64,000 nucleotides of DNA from Octopus vulgaris (GCA_951406725.2 OX597818.1:31930001-31994000), one strand, 5' to 3'; positions 1-15,583 are shown, counted from the first letter of the stretch. Numbers and translations: made by a program. The notes: generated from the letters alone by a model not told the origin.

Positions 1-2689
1 AACTCACACAGGAGAAGTCATGCCTAAGCTGCTGCACCTTAGAAATTCTAGACTCGGTAAGTGCAACTACTGTTGTTCATAGTGCAGTACAGCTCCAACA
101 GAAAACACATTTTCCCGTTAATAGAATAAACATGCCTCTCGGGTTACCCTTTTCCTCTCGCGATGTTGTAACTGTGTGGTTAAGTTTAATGTAAATCTGA
201 ACATTTTTGTGAATCTAGAAACGAAACAGGAAAATAGGATAGGATACACACTCACAGACATATATTCATATTAGTATTTGTACATACGGGTGTGTATATA
301 TGAGTGTATGTGTGTGTGTGTAACTGTGAGTGTGGATGCGTATAACCGTATGAGTACACACGTGCTTATGTCTATGCGTTCATGCAGGTGCGGTTTGTGT
401 ATGAAATTAGATTCTTGTATTAAGTGGAGATGTATGGCAGAAGGGGTGGTGCGTACGTAAATATATGTATATATGTGAATGTATGTATGTGGTTGTGTGT
501 ATGTGTATTTATGTGTTTACACACACATGCAGCCACACACACACACACACATAAGTACATGCTTGCGCATATACGTATATGCTGGCTAACAGAATTACCA
601 TAGATTCTAAAATACAGTTATATATTCTTGACCTTTAGCCTCTCTCATTTCGTTATGTACTGTGCTGTATAAGGTGTGCAGTGCTAAAAAAAAAAAACAC
701 TGCTGATGCATTGAATGAGATTTCAGTTAAGTTATTTTACATCCTGATATTAATGAGTTCATCATTATGAAGAAACGTCTGTTTATTTGTGAACCAACTC
801 GAACCCGTTTTTATATCACAATATTTAACGTTTTTAACAGGAGTCCGAAGATCAGAATGCGGTTCTAGAGCAGCGTTATTTCAACGAAAGTAAAGTGTTA
901 GCATTATGGAAACTTAAGTTTATGTAAACATTTAGTGATGGCTGCTTTACAGCTTACAATTCCTGTTAAAGTATCATACGTTTCCAAGTTCAAGTTGTTC
1001 ATTTAATATTGCTTTCAACACAGGTTGTATTTAATGTTTGCATTTGATTACTTTGTGGTCAGATTTTGACAAGAAAGTGTTAGTCAACTAGTGGGTGATA
1101 TGTACTATTGTTACTTTGTATGGTTTTTGGATCTTTTAGAAGATGCTTTTTTTTGCAATTCCATAATTTAGTCAGAGGGGTTATGAGACAATTCGGTACA
1201 GCTGATATGGCGCCGCCTGTTTGGCGTCGCTGAATCGACGCTAACATATTTGATGTCAGACGTTTTAATGTTTCTTACGCTTTCTACCGCACTCCCTCTC
1301 TCTACCTCCTCCTCTTTCTCTCATCCTCTCTCTCTTCCTCTCCCCTCTCTCTCTTTCTCTGTTTATGCATGTTAACATCTAATTATGTTTTCATATATGC
1401 CTTTTCCCCCCTTCTCTCTCTCTGTCTTCTCGTCTTATTCTCTCGGTCTATATATGTACATTACTGCGTGCATTCATGCCTGAGCGTGTTTTCCTCCAGT
1501 GCCAAAACGTACTCTTAACAATACACGTTGAAAATCTTGTCAGCTGTGCCAAATCGTCTCCGTCCAACCAGTTTCCCTCTACTCGTTTCTTTCTGATTAG
1601 AGGATAACGGGACACATCCATGGTTCTTGACAAGTCTTCCATACTGATGGAGGAAAGGAGAAAGTTATCATCAAATGGCAATCTGTCACGAATGCTTGCC
1701 CCGAAAGGCACCCGAGGACCAGGTTATGGGGAGTAAACTAGGCAAAAGATTAAGTACTTATCCAACTGTCTAATAAGAAGTATAACTGTAGATGACAGTT
1801 AAGCCTGTATTCAAGACAAGACTTCACGAAACGAAAGAAACAAAACTTAGAAGATGAGTGAAATTTAGAAAATTTTCCAATATTCTGAGAAAAAAGAAAT
1901 GTAATATGCTTAAAAATCCTTACACACACACAGACATATGTATGTATATATGTATATATATATATGTGTGTGAGTGTGCGTGTGTGATTCAACAACTTAA
2001 ATCATGCAGAAATACAAACAAGTAAATTATCAACTCCACGAGGAGTCTTTATGCGGCTATTAGACAACCAAGGAATAACAGCCAAACGTTCCTCAAGTTA
2101 CACGCTAACGTCTTAAATAATGTATTCCGCGTTATGCAGGACCCCCAAGAGGTGGTACTAGGAATGTTCCATTAGAGCTGTTTCTGGGTCTAAACAACAG
2201 AAACAAGACAAGAACAATGAAATAGAATCCCAGAAACAAAACAAAATTGGTAAAACAGACTAAGGACATAAAGTGATTTACCAAAAATTAGAATTCAAGC
2301 AAGAGAAACAAAACGTTTCTATCAACGAACTGTCAAAAACAAACTTTCTGTGCAAAGCAAATATTTTAAAAGCTAAAAATATACTTATCAAAATATACAA
2401 GCCTTGTCCAAATTGTGTGAAACATGCAGTCAAATTGAGATATTTTCATTCTAAGTTATATATACATGTATTAAACCTAAAATAGATTATAGCTTTGAAG
2501 TTTATGACAGAAAAAAAAACACAACATCCTCGTCTTTAAACTCCAACGAAAACACCATTATATGTCCTCCAGTTAAGTAATTTGTTATATACTGTTTTGT
2601 ATTGTTTATTGAAACTTCAGTCTATTGACATTGGTTGGCCTGTATAAATCTTCATATTTCTGATATAAGTTATAAATATGTGTCATGGT

Positions 2690-3596
2690 AATTCTTTCTA
2701 GTATAGAGACAGACCTGAAATTTTGGTAGAGGGGCTAGTTTATTACATTGACTCCCAGATGTAAATCGTACTTATTTCATCGACCCCGAAAGAATGAAAA
2801 GCAAATCGACCTCAGGGGCATTTGAACTCAAAACATAAATCGGACGAAATGCTGCTTAGCATTTTGTCCGGCATGTACTAACAACCAAGTTCGAGAAATA
2901 TGTCAGAGAAATCAAAATTGACATGAGAGCAGAGCAAGGCCCCAAAACTGGAACAGCTAAGATTTTGAGATTGGTACTTGGATGTTGAATGTCTCCCACG
3001 ATAATTAACAACCAAGTATGAAAGCTTATAATGTGCGAAAAGAGATCCTGTGAGACCTCTGACAGCAGATTTCTGTCCGTTCTCACATAATCTACCAGAA
3101 CAAACAAGACCGAACCTTCTGAGAAGTGAAACAACAACGACAACAACAATAATAATAGTCCTTTCTACTAAAGGCACAAGGCCTGCAATTTGGGGAGAGG
3201 GCACTAGTCGATCACATCGACCCCGGTGTTTCACTGCTACTTAATTCATCAACCGCGAAAAGATGAAAGACAAAGTCGACCTCGGAGGAATTTGAACTCA
3301 GAATATAGTGACGGGTGAAATACCTATTTCTTTACTACCCACAAGGGGCTAAACACAGAGAGGACAAACAAGGACAGACAAACAGATTAAGTCGATTACG
3401 TCGACCCCAGTGCGTAACTGGTACTTAATTTATCGACCCCGAAAGGATGAAAGGCAAAGTCGACTTCGGCAGAATTTGAACTCAGAACGTAACGGCAGAC
3501 GAAATACGGCTACGCATTTCGCCCGGCGTGTTAACGTCTCTGTCAGCTCGTCGCCTTCACAATAATAATAATAATAATGATAATAATAATAATAAT

Positions 3597-3663
<67 letters not shown>

Positions 3664-4270
3664 TAATCCTTTCTACTAGAGGCACAAGGCCTGAAATTTG
3701 TGAGGAGGGGAATAGTTGATTACATCGATCCCAGTGTTTACTTAATTCATCGACCCTGAAAGGAAGAAAGGCAAAGTCAACCTCGTTGGTATTTGACTTC
3801 ATAATGTAATGACGGACGATGTGTCGCGAAACATTTTGTCCGGTGTGCTCGCCGCCTTGAATACGCTATAAATAATCATTTCTACTCTAGGCACAAAGCC
3901 TGAAATTTCGCGGGAGGGGCTAAGTCGGTTACATCGACGCCAGTACTCAACTGGTACTTAATTTATCGACCCCAAAAGGATAGAAGGCTAAAAAGACCTC
4001 GGCGGAATTTGAACTCAGAACGTAGAGACAGACGAAATACCTATTTCTTTACTACCCACAAGGGGCTAAACACAGAGGGAATAAACAAGGACAGACAAAC
4101 GGATTAAGTCGATTACATCGATCCAGTGCGTAACTGGTACTTAATTTATCGACCCCGAAAGGATGAAAGGTAAAGTCGACCTCGGCGGAATTTGAACTCA
4201 GAACGTAACAGCAGACGAAATACGGCTACGCATTTTGCCAGGCGTGCTAACGTTTCTGCCAGCTCGCGCC
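2690..4270 (-). mobile_element. Cluster of tRNA-derived SINE family B copies (units about 2690-2885, 3153-3555 dimer, 3662-3857, 3877-4270 dimer)
   Basis: Recurrent unit (minus strand) GGCGAGCTGGCAGAA...GTTCTGAGTTCAAATTCCGCCGAGGTCGACTTTGCCTTTCATCCTTTCGGGGTCGAT...AAGTACCAG with A/B-box-like motifs. The near-identical direct repeat TTGAATACGCYATAAATAAT on both sides of 3877-4270 looks like a TSD. Confidence 0.85.
3561..3662. repeat. (AAT)n microsatellite
   Basis: Direct reading. Confidence 0.95.
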
Positions 4271-4804
4271 TTGAATACGCCATAAATAATAACACCAAAG
4301 CAAACCACAACACATACTCGAGGCACAGGACTCTTACTCGGAAGTGAAGTGAAAGTATTCAATAAAAGTAAAACCACTGAATAGCACTAACAACAATGAT
4401 GATTATGATAATGATGATAATGATGATGATAACAACGACGACAACAAGGATGATGGTGGCGTTAGTGGTGGGGGTTTTGGTTATTGTCGTCGTCGTGGTA
4501 ATGGTGAAGAAAACGGAAATGCTATATGAAGATTTCGATATATCATTATCAAACAACAATTAAAATGTGGTGTGTGAAGACGACAAAAATCGACAATGGA
4601 CCAATGATAAAGAGATAAGATGGAATCTCACGTGAAATTATAATTGATGGATGATGTAAATTCACTTATTTTAAAGAAAGACAATTCGTTGAATGTTTGT
4701 AATTGTGTGTTTTGAATGAATATGTACAAGTGTTTACCGAGCGTCATCAAGCGATGTATTTCACCACCTCCCAGTCATTTTCTTCTCTCTGCTCAATATG
4801 TGTT

Positions 4805-4865
<61 letters not shown>

Positions 4866-4988
4866 TTTACTCCTCTCCCCACCTCTCTCTCTTTTTCTCT
4901 CTCAATCGCCCATTTATGTATGTATCTACTTTACTACCTCTATCCCTCCATCCTTCGTAATTTACCAACCTACATAACGATTTACGTT

Positions 4989-5046
<58 letters not shown>

Positions 5047-5081
5047 CGTCTTTCTGCCTGTCTGCCTTTCTGTCTGTCTGC

Positions 5082-5148
<67 letters not shown>

Positions 5149-5324
5149 GCCGTCTTTCTGCCTGTCTGCCTTTCTGTCTGTCTGCCTATCTATCTATCTA
5201 TCTATCTATCTATCCATCTATCTATTTCTTTTCTTTTTATCTGTTTCTTTTCTTTTCCTTCCTAATTGCACTCAATGATTTTCTTTCATATTCTCCATGT
5301 ATTTGCTTCTCTTTCTTTCAATTA

Positions 5325-5362
<38 letters not shown>

Positions 5363-5511
5363 CATATCCGTTCACAATCACATATGTTGCATTCCTTCTA
5401 ACACACACATACACTCGTACACGCACGCACATATATACATACACACACATATATATTGATATATATATGTATATATGTATGTATGTAGGTATGCGTATAT
5501 GCATATATGTG

Positions 5512-5543
<32 letters not shown>

Positions 5544-6289
5544 CATATATATATATATCTTTACATACACACACACAACTCTCCATATATACACACATAT
5601 ACATTAAATGCTACAAGAACATATATCAGCTGAATAAACGTCTCAGAAGCTCAGGGGAATATTAATCCGAATGATACTGGCTGGTCTGTGTTAGTTTAGT
5701 ATGGTTATACTTCCTAAAATATTAGCCAAAGATAACACAATATGCAATGTCAATCTCTTTAACAGATGCTGAAGTGGTAGCCATATTACTTTTCTAATTA
5801 ATCAGTTCGTCAGGAAGTTCTGTGAAATTACTTCTTGATATCCTAATCTAAACTTGACGATGAACCGAATATGTACACAAACACACACACACACGTACAC
5901 ACACACAGACAGACAGATACACACACACACACACATGTACAATACAAACGTTGATGCATGACATGCACACGCACACACGCATGCAACGAAGCACTCACAA
6001 ATTACACTCCTCACACAAAAAAATAAAGCTCAACACGAATCAAAGCGAAGTTATACCGAAAGGGAAACATAAGCATGCACGTGCATACCACAAGATAGAG
6101 AGATAGGGAGTGAGAGAGAGAGCAAGAGAGAGAGAGAGAGAGAGAGGGAGAGCGGATCTTACACTCTCATACAAGTAATAAAAAGAACACACACATTCAG
6201 ACATTACTATTGTGTGTGTATGTACTCGTATGCATTTATGTATACATAGATTTATACACACACAAATATGTACATTTATATATTATATA

Positions 6290-6367
<78 letters not shown>

Positions 6368-6771
6368 TAGATATTCGTATATGTCTATGTGTGCGTCTCT
6401 GTATGTCTCTATCTAACTCTATTTCTCTCTCTCTCTCCACCCTCTCTATGCATGTGTTCTCTACTAATATGCATTGCTAATTGGAACGCAAGGACATATT
6501 TCAACACCCTGAAGCTATTTAAAAAGAAACTTTTAACTGCAGAAGAAACCAAAAATATTATGTAGCAAATAGCAGTTGATGATGAGCTTACTGACTTTTA
6601 AAACCTTACAATTCTCATAAACATAAAAACAAAATATTAAACATTTCCGCATAATGTAAAGCTCAACTTAATGTGCTTGTTATACATGTAATAAATTTAT
6701 TTGAAAATGTAATAGCTATTGATTGTTGTACATGCTAGCACATAATGTGCTAGAAATAACACTTTATTTAG

Positions 6772-6858
<87 letters not shown>

Positions 6859-8169
6859 GATGATTATAATTATTCTTGATAAGTACAGGCAGATTTCAGC
6901 GTGACTATACTAATTGTGTTGTATTTCGACTTCTGAGAACAACGTTTCCCTTCAGAGATTGTGTATTGAAAGCAAACGTATGATTTATAGAGGACTTTGA
7001 GATACCAGTGTTTCCATCTGAGTGTGTCTCTTCAGTTAAAGTTACACCCGGATCACTGAATCTAAATAATAATGGTCTAAAGGGCGAAGTTGTTCTCCGA
7101 AAGCGAAATGTAACAGAAATTGGTATATGAATATGCTTATTATTGTTTCGCTTCTTGTGGGCGAATGAAAAGTGAAGTGTGAATATGAGCAACTGAGGTG
7201 GGCCGAAATACCACCATTTGTAATGAGTGTAGCTGAACTATGGAGAAAAAATAGCCCAAAGAACAAAAAGCAAAACAAAAACAAAAAATATAAATTCCAT
7301 CAGCTAAGAAGAAAGTTACTATGTAGTATCTCGATCTTCCACAAATAACTGTCCAATTCCCTTTTTAAATCATGCTGCACTGTCTTTAAAAGAATAACAT
7401 ATTCAATAACGTATATATCGTGGATATTGAAAAAGTCGATATGTCCACGTTTTGTAACAGCTTACTTCATATGTCAGCTTGACAAAGGTTGACTCGGAAT
7501 TAAATAATTCATTTACCTGACAAAAACACTTGGGACTTCCTACTTTCACAAACAAAACATACATAATGACTTCCTACTTTCTCAAACAAAAACATGACGC
7601 TTGTTGCTGTTATTATTTAAAGCTTGTCAACTTTGAGCAGATTTTTTCTCAAATCAAAGGCATTCTAACCGTAACTGTCCCGTTTATTTATTTTGCTTTA
7701 ACAGTGAATACTGATGAGTATCGTACCTACATTCGAGTAGTAAGAAGTGCATTCTGTGTTAACATATATTTCTATGATAGGTTATTTTTAGATAACCACA
7801 ACCAATATATTTATGTCATACCATTTTACACCAGACGTGTATACTCACATATACTCGTTTGACTCCCTTGTACCTTTCTCTTTGTCTCTTTAGTTTTTTC
7901 TCTCTCTTTCTCGTCTTCCTCTAATCCTTCAATCACTCTTCCCCCTATCTCACTTTTTCAACGTGACCGGTGTTCGACTAGGCATAATCTTTCTTTCTTG
8001 GCTTGACTGCCGACCGTCAACATCTTTTATATCCATCTCCTTTGTTCCTGCCTCAAGGCTTTCACTTTATACACGCCAGCTGAATTTGATTCGTCTTTAT
8101 TAGACGAAAGACACCTGTTGTTATTTTCTTGTTTATATTTGTAATTGTGTAACACTTCTCCGTTTTTTG

Positions 8170-8434
8170 TCTTTGTTGTCGTACATTCGCTTGCTTTCTC
8201 AGAAAAAAATCTAAATCTCTTAACTTAAACTTTTTGGGGCAACCGGATTTGAACAGTCTCAAGTGTAATTGCCCGAAGCTGTAAGGACAATCTGGAAACT
8301 TGACTAAGGAGAGAAGGCCACGAATGACCTGTCATTGGTTTTTTTTCCTGACCCTCTATTTGTTGTTTTTTCTGTCCCCTTTGTATCGTCTATGGGTCCG
8401 GATGTTTTACAGTCCTCTATTGCTTTTTTGTTCC

Positions 8435-8440
<6 letters not shown>
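8170..8440. mobile_element. Short (TA)n-associated dispersed repeat, related in reverse orientation to 54790-54900
   Basis: Shared blocks TCATTCG..GCCT....AGTCAAG....GAT..TCCT..CA..TTCGG between the two loci; both abut microsatellites. Confidence 0.45.
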
Positions 8441-8498
<58 letters not shown>

Positions 8499-8739
8499 AT
8501 TGCGGACCCCAGGTTGGGAACCACTGTTTTAAAAGGAGAAATTGTTGACCACGCAAACCTCCACTCAAATGTTATGGCCTTCTACCTAAATCAGAAACCA
8601 TTTTCTATTCAACCTAGTCAATCAATCTGCTAGAATTAGCAACAAAATCTCCCTAGAATTTCACGATAGTTTCTTAATAAACGAAGGAATTCTCGAATAA
8701 TGCAGATCTCAAGAAACGATAAAATGCATCCTTCTCAAG

Positions 8740-8960
8740 CTCTATGGACTGGTTTTCCTGACGTATACATATTTACCCCGCTGGACGAGACGTTGAACTG
8801 TCACAAAAGTACTCATTTTTACCGGCTGAGGGGACTTGAGTAACATGAAATGAAGTGTTTTGCTCCAGAACATAAAGCGTCACCCAGTCCAGATATTGAA
8901 ACCACAATCTTACGATCATTAGTCCAACAACCTAAATGCTAGCTCACATGACCCAACAGA
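8740..8960 (-). mobile_element. SINE family C, degraded copy
   Basis: Matches the reverse complement of 52173-52411 and 19550-19789 (tRNA-like head, GTTCTxGAGCAAAACACTTCATTTCA body). Confidence 0.7.
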
Positions 8961-9053
8961 GAAACGATACCGCATTCAAAAATAATAAATGACATGATAA
9001 CCATGACTAGAACACTTATAATAAGGGATATACAGTACTGTCAAGTGGCTTAG

Positions 9054-9258
9054 CCCTTTAGCATTTTAACCGGCCAGTTCCAGCCTAAATAATCTACCCT
9101 TTGTATGTTGAAACAAGTCAGACCCATCCTACAAAGTCATACTAAAATAAACAATCACGTTATTGAAATATTATAGCTACAAGATAATGCATGATTAATT
9201 CAAAACAAAGTGAATACACAAGCAAAACATTTAACGAAGTAATTTGAATGCTAAAGGG
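9054..9258. mobile_element. piggyBac-type MITE
   Basis: TIRs CCCTTTAGCATT / AATGCTAAAGGG; flanks TTAG (9050-9053) and TTAA (9259-9262), consistent with a TTAA target. Confidence 0.75.
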
Positions 9259-10754
9259 TTAAATAACAATTTAATTTTTAAAGTTCCTGACTGGTACTTT
9301 TATAGAACCTCTCCCAAGAAAGATTATGTTGACCTCGGAGAAATTTGAAGGGAATAGAACTCTGTAAAGGAAGAGAGCAAGGAATTTCAAACCCCACCCA
9401 CGCTCTAATGATTCTGATAATCCACCGAATTTAAACTTTCTTATATTAAATTTCCTAAATAAATCAAACGACCGTGGCATTTTATATTACATATATACTT
9501 AGGCGTGATTGTGTGGTTAAGACGTTTGCCACACAATAACATGGGTTCTGGTTCAGTCCCACTACGTGGCATCATGAGTCAGTATCTTCCTTCTCCGCTG
9601 CTTCCACACCTATTCTTTTCGTTCATTGCTAATCTGATCCCTTCTCTCTGTATGGTGAGATGCAGTCCCTAAATGATTTAGTGTCTGCTTAGTGAAATAC
9701 CCTTGACCACCAGTAATGCTCCCTTTCACCATACAGACCTTAATTTTACCTCCACCTCTCTTCTATTTGGTTCATTTATTCCACCTCTGTTCATTGCCTC
9801 TATGCCGCAGAAACCCTCCCTTTCTCCCTATTTTTCATTTCTTCATCTCTACTCTCTTCCTTCCCCCTACGTCGCATATATTCTTCTTCCTTTGCCTGCG
9901 TTCTTTTTTATTCTTCTTCACGCGCTTTTTAATCTCTGTTACTACTATATGAGCTATTTGTGCCAACTTTCTCTTGATGATGTGGCCGCACTTATTGTAA
10001 TACTTCTGTATGTCTTTACTGGCTGAACACTCAGGACATTTTGCATATTCCACATGTATATTGTGAATATTAAGATTATTAGGTAACATCGAGCTTCCTG
10101 AAACAGCTGTCGAGTTGCGAAAAGAAATTCAGTATTTCTTCTTGGTATTCTGTATATTTATGCTCTAACTAAATACATATATATACATAAATACATACAT
10201 ACATACATACATACATACATACATACATACATACATACATACATACATACATACATGCATACATACATACATACATACACACAAACACACACACATATAT
10301 ATAAAATTTACTCGTCGCTACTTAAGACAATATGTGTTGCATGTATTTTGCTAGAAGTGAGTGTTAAAGCACATTTATATATACTAACAGAGTAGATAAC
10401 TGACCCATGAGCTAAGCAAAGCTAGAACACTGGATTATAGAAACAATAGGAGCTCGCTGTTGACAATTCCCACTGGGATGAAACTGTGCAGTCCAGTGGT
10501 CAAAGTTTGCTCTCTCACTGGTTGTTACCTACTCTGTCAGTATATATAAATATGCTTTGACTCAACTATAAGTGGTTTAAACTTATTTCTAGCAATATAC
10601 GTGCTTGTAGCACATACAGTCACAATTAGTAACGACTGAATTTACAATTTATGTTGCGCCCAGCTACCAACATTAATCATATATACATGTATGTATATAT
10701 ATACATATATATATACTTATATATATACACATATATATATATACTTAATATATA

Positions 10755-10834
<80 letters not shown>

Positions 10835-11132
10835 CCTGTATGAATCTATGTATGTATATGTATATATGCGTTTATCTTCTCGAATAAGTAGATATAAGTG
10901 CCAAATTTTAATTAAATGGGTTTTAAAAATTAATTTATTTAATTTGAACGTTAAACTCGAAACTATAGTACACTATTAAGCCACTGTAAATTTGAAATAA
11001 ACTTTTATTCATCTCGCCCGCTTTTTACGGCTATTTCCTCTCAAAGCAAATCATAGATGTTTATTTGAACGTCTATTTTTAACATATAAGGAAATAGTTT
11101 TTGCTGTCTTCCTCTTTCTCTATGTCTGTCTG

Positions 11133-11239
<107 letters not shown>

Positions 11240-12399
11240 GCACATACATACATACATACATACATACATACATTTGTCGGCGTGTAAGTATGTTTTTATG
11301 CATTTATAAAGCTGATACACATTGATACGTATGTGCATAATGTACGCAGGTAGCAGCGAGAATTTTAAAACAATACTCAATACTAAGGGCCGTATAAAAA
11401 CAGATACGTGTATACATGTGCTCAGTCACCCCGCCCCTACATACAAATAAACACACACACACACACACACACACTAAGCTTATATCTTTATATATATATA
11501 TAAAAACTTTTATTGTGTTTAACAGTTACTGCTGTGGCCGTTGTTGATGATTGCTTTTCTTATTTCCCATGACATAGCCCGTTGCATTGAGTTGCAATGT
11601 ATGTTGTTTACGGTTGCAATTACATCATTTGCTGTCTCGCTGCACACATCGTGTCCTTCCTGCAAAATATGAGAAAAGCCTGGTCTTCTTTTATTTCAGT
11701 CATCGGTGCTTATCTTAGTTCTTTAAAAACACCCTTCCCTCACCAACCAATCATTTTGCAGAATCTCGCCATCTTTTCTTTCTTTTTATCTTACAGTTTT
11801 CCTTCTTTTTTATTTTTCATTTGCCCGCCGCGCCACCCCTACCACCATCGTATTCATCTTTCCCGTTCTACTTGTTTCAATTTTTTTTTGCATACATTTT
11901 CTCTTTTAACTTTCATACTTTATATTGTTTTATTTTTTTATCGTTTTACTTCTCTTTCGTCTTTCTCATATTATTCAGTGATGCTATTGTTATTATAGTT
12001 TTTATTGTTGCTCTTGCTATTTGCCATTTTTTTTTTGTTTGTTGTTATTGTTTGCTTGATGTTGTTGTGTAATCTAAACTTATTTATTTCTCTCGAGGAT
12101 TTAAAACTGAATGAACCACGATGGCTTACTTGATCATTTCGTTTTTTTTCTTCTCACCCATACCATACCTGATAACTGTAACTGCCAACTGCAACTATTC
12201 CTGCTACAACAAATACTACCACTTAGCAACGACTCTCTTTACAAACAACTTCATAATTCCCACTTCTTCAACAAACACTACTCACACTACTACCCCCATC
12301 ATTGCACCTAACATCTCTATTGCAACATAACAGCAGAGATCACAAACACTACCCACACGACAACACGGACTACAGTTTCCACCATCATCCCCACCTCCA

Positions 12400-12566
12400 C
12401 CACCATTACCACTAAGAAGAAGAACAACAACAACATCAACTACTACTACTACTACTACTGCTACTAATACTACCACTACTACCACTACTACCACTATTAC
12501 TACTACTACTACTACTACTACTACTACGTCTAATACTACTACTACTACCACTTCTACTACCACCAT

Positions 12567-12600
<34 letters not shown>

Positions 12601-12656
12601 GCCACCACCACTACTACTATTACTATTACTACTACCACCACAACCACTACCACCAT

Positions 12657-12725
<69 letters not shown>

Positions 12726-13346
12726 ATAAAAAGACCAACACAAACATCAGGAATAACATCGAAGGAGGTGCTATGCGGTCGCTCTATCAACTAGAAGTCA
12801 TAGCCAAATTTTCCACAAATCACATTGCTGCCGTCTTAATTGAGGCACATTGGACACTGTTGTGTTAGATTTTATGCACTAGGGAAAAGACGAGATGGGC
12901 ACAGCTGGAATGCCTTTAAACTTAGATCCGTCGGCTGAAGGCTAAGACAAATGGTTATTATAACAAGCCAATCGTAAAATATTCTTTCTCTCAGTGCAAT
13001 GTCCTTTTCCCATTATAATTCATTCGAACTACGGTGAGTCGACCTATTTCAAAGTGTTATTGCTATAGGTATTTTATAAAATTATTACATTATTCAGATT
13101 TTAATCATACAAATCCTCTGTCATCGGTGATTTGTGGTAATGATTTGATTACGCTTTGCTGATGAGGCCTAATAAGATGGAAATATGATTTACTTCCCAC
13201 TATAATTTATATCTAATGAATTTAAATCAATTAGAAGTTATTTGAATCTGGGTGCACCAGAATCACTCCCACCACTACCATCAGCAACAACAACAACCAC
13301 CACCACCACCACCACCACCACCACCACCACCAACACCAACACCACC

Positions 13347-13395
<49 letters not shown>

Positions 13396-13546
13396 ATAGC
13401 AGTAGCATTAATGACAGCAGTAACAAAACTCATGCCGTTTCTACCACCAACGCCACAGCCTTCCTCATCATTCATCACTGTCACCATCAACACTACAATG
13501 ACCACCACCACCACCGTCTCCATTTCCACGGCATTGACCACCACAA

Positions 13547-13615
<69 letters not shown>

Positions 13616-13620
13616 CATTA
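12400..13620. repeat. Compound trinucleotide low-complexity tracts (ACT)n, (ACC)n, (AAC)n
   Basis: Direct reading; source of the poly-V/S/T/P ORFs in the track. Confidence 0.9.
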
Positions 13621-13960
13621 CATGCGTCACAAATACGACAACTAGTGGTGCCACCATTAAAATTACCATCATGCCAACATCACAGTCATATTTACCTTTA
13701 CAACAATTTTAAGGGTAGTCGTCATCACGCTCAAGTTACTTTGTCTCAATCTTAAACTGCCTCGCTATCACCACCTCGATCATGTCACACATACCACCAT
13801 CGCATTAACAGCATCGGCAACAACCCCGCTCTCTGTTGCCACCACCGACAATGCCACTCCCGATATTGCAAAGAACGGTTGCCCTTGCCTTTCGTTTGTT
13901 TGGTTTATTTCGGTCGAATCTGTGCAAAACTAATCTATTTCAATAGATAATCCTTATGCA

Positions 13961-14045
<85 letters not shown>

Positions 14046-14106
14046 ATACGTGTATACTCACTTCTTTCGCACACAGTGGCATGCAAAACATACGTACACG
14101 TATATA

Positions 14107-14458
14107 GGCACAGGAGTGGTTGTGTGGTAAGAAGCTTGCTTCCCAACCACATGGTTCCGGGTTCAGTCCCACTGCGTGACACCTTGGGCGGGTGCCTTTT
14201 ACCATAGCCTCGGGCTGACCAAACCCTTGTGAGTGGATTTAGTAGACGGAAACTGAAAGAAGCCCGTTGTGTATATGTGTGTGTTTGTTCCCACACCATC
14301 GCTTGACATCCGCTGTTGTTGTGTTTACGTCCCCGTAACTTAGCGGTTCGGCAATAGAGACTGATAGAATAAGTACTGGGGTCGATTTATTCGACCAAAG
14401 GCGGTGCTCTACCATGGTCGCAGTCAAATGACTGAAGCAAGTAAAAGAATAAAAGAAT
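14107..14458 (+). mobile_element. SINE family A, near full length
   Basis: tRNA-like head GGCxCAGGAGTGGxTGTGTGGTAAG...GGTTCAGTCCC, CORE-like GACACCTTGGGC, internal TG microsatellite, tail AAGTAAAAGAATAAAAGA. Confidence 0.9.
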
Positions 14459-14516
14459 ATATGTATGCATACACAGATGTATCATTCATTTATACATACC
14501 ACCATACACACACACA

Positions 14517-14567
<51 letters not shown>

Positions 14568-14943
14568 ACACACACATACACACACATATTTAACATGTTT
14601 TTCAGGCCCACATAATCACTCACCTTCACACATATAAACAGAGCGAAAAGCTTCATACCAGTTTGGCCAGTTTTGTGGTTGGAACTGGACATTTTCAATA
14701 TCATAAATATTAGAAGCGCTAAGCAGTGACGTTTACAAATGTAGTCATGGTATCGGTCGGTCTCTGACTGGTTGTGCCTGTGGCAGATGAGCCCTATAGC
14801 GTTCTTGGTTCCCGGACCATATCCCTGCTCACTGCTATCGGGAGCAGAGATTGCTGTTTGCAAGTGTGAGACCCGTGACGTAGACACAAAGACATACAAA
14901 CATAGATACAAAGGCATACACACACGTGTGTGTGTGTGTGTTC

Positions 14944-14992
<49 letters not shown>

Positions 14993-15007
14993 TAGATAGA
15001 TAGATAT

Positions 15008-15094
<87 letters not shown>

Positions 15095-15290
15095 CGACAG
15101 GCTTTTTTCAGTTTTCGTCTACAAAATCCACTCACAAGACTTTGGTCGGCCCGGTGCCACGCAATGGGACTGAACCCTTAATCATGTGGTTGGAAAGCAA
15201 GCTTCCTATCAAACAGCCGCACCCGCATATATATATGTGTATATATATATGTATATATATTGGAAGGTTTGGAGATGATGTACAGGTATT

Positions 15291-15532
15291 ATATATTAGA
15301 AGAAATGAGGTAATCAGAAGATCGGATGGTTTATATTTACAGATATTTATTTATATATTACATTTTTTACATATATATCATATCAAAATCATTTTGATTT
15401 GAAAACCCCACTAGAATAGGAGAAAGCGCTAATGTTCTAAGTGATATGATATATACGTAAAAAAAATGTAATATATAAATAAATATCTGTAAATATAAAC
15501 CATCCGATATTCTGATTACCTCATTTCTTCTA

Positions 15533-15538
<6 letters not shown>
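15291..15538. repeat. Long inverted repeat inside a (TA)n island
   Basis: Arm 15291-15385 is the near-perfect reverse complement of 15442-15538. Confidence 0.9.

Positions 15539-15583
<45 letters not shown>

Noticed and set aside
1448-1711. 87-aa minus-strand ORF with normal composition
   Set aside because: No recognisable motif or convincing splice sites; could be an old transposon remnant; needs a tBLASTn or HMM search
5790-5820. Minus-strand CTGACGA...GAAA
   Set aside because: No stem I or stem III can be formed
7711-7760. CTGATGA followed by a small GTA-TCG-TAC hairpin
   Set aside because: No GAAA after the stem and no stem I
13159-13195. CTGATGA...GAAA hammerhead-like spacing
   Set aside because: Stem II and stem I do not pair
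12282-13755. Mucin-like or proline-rich ORFs
   Set aside because: Built from (ACT)n, (ACC)n and (AAC)n tracts open in several frames on both strands
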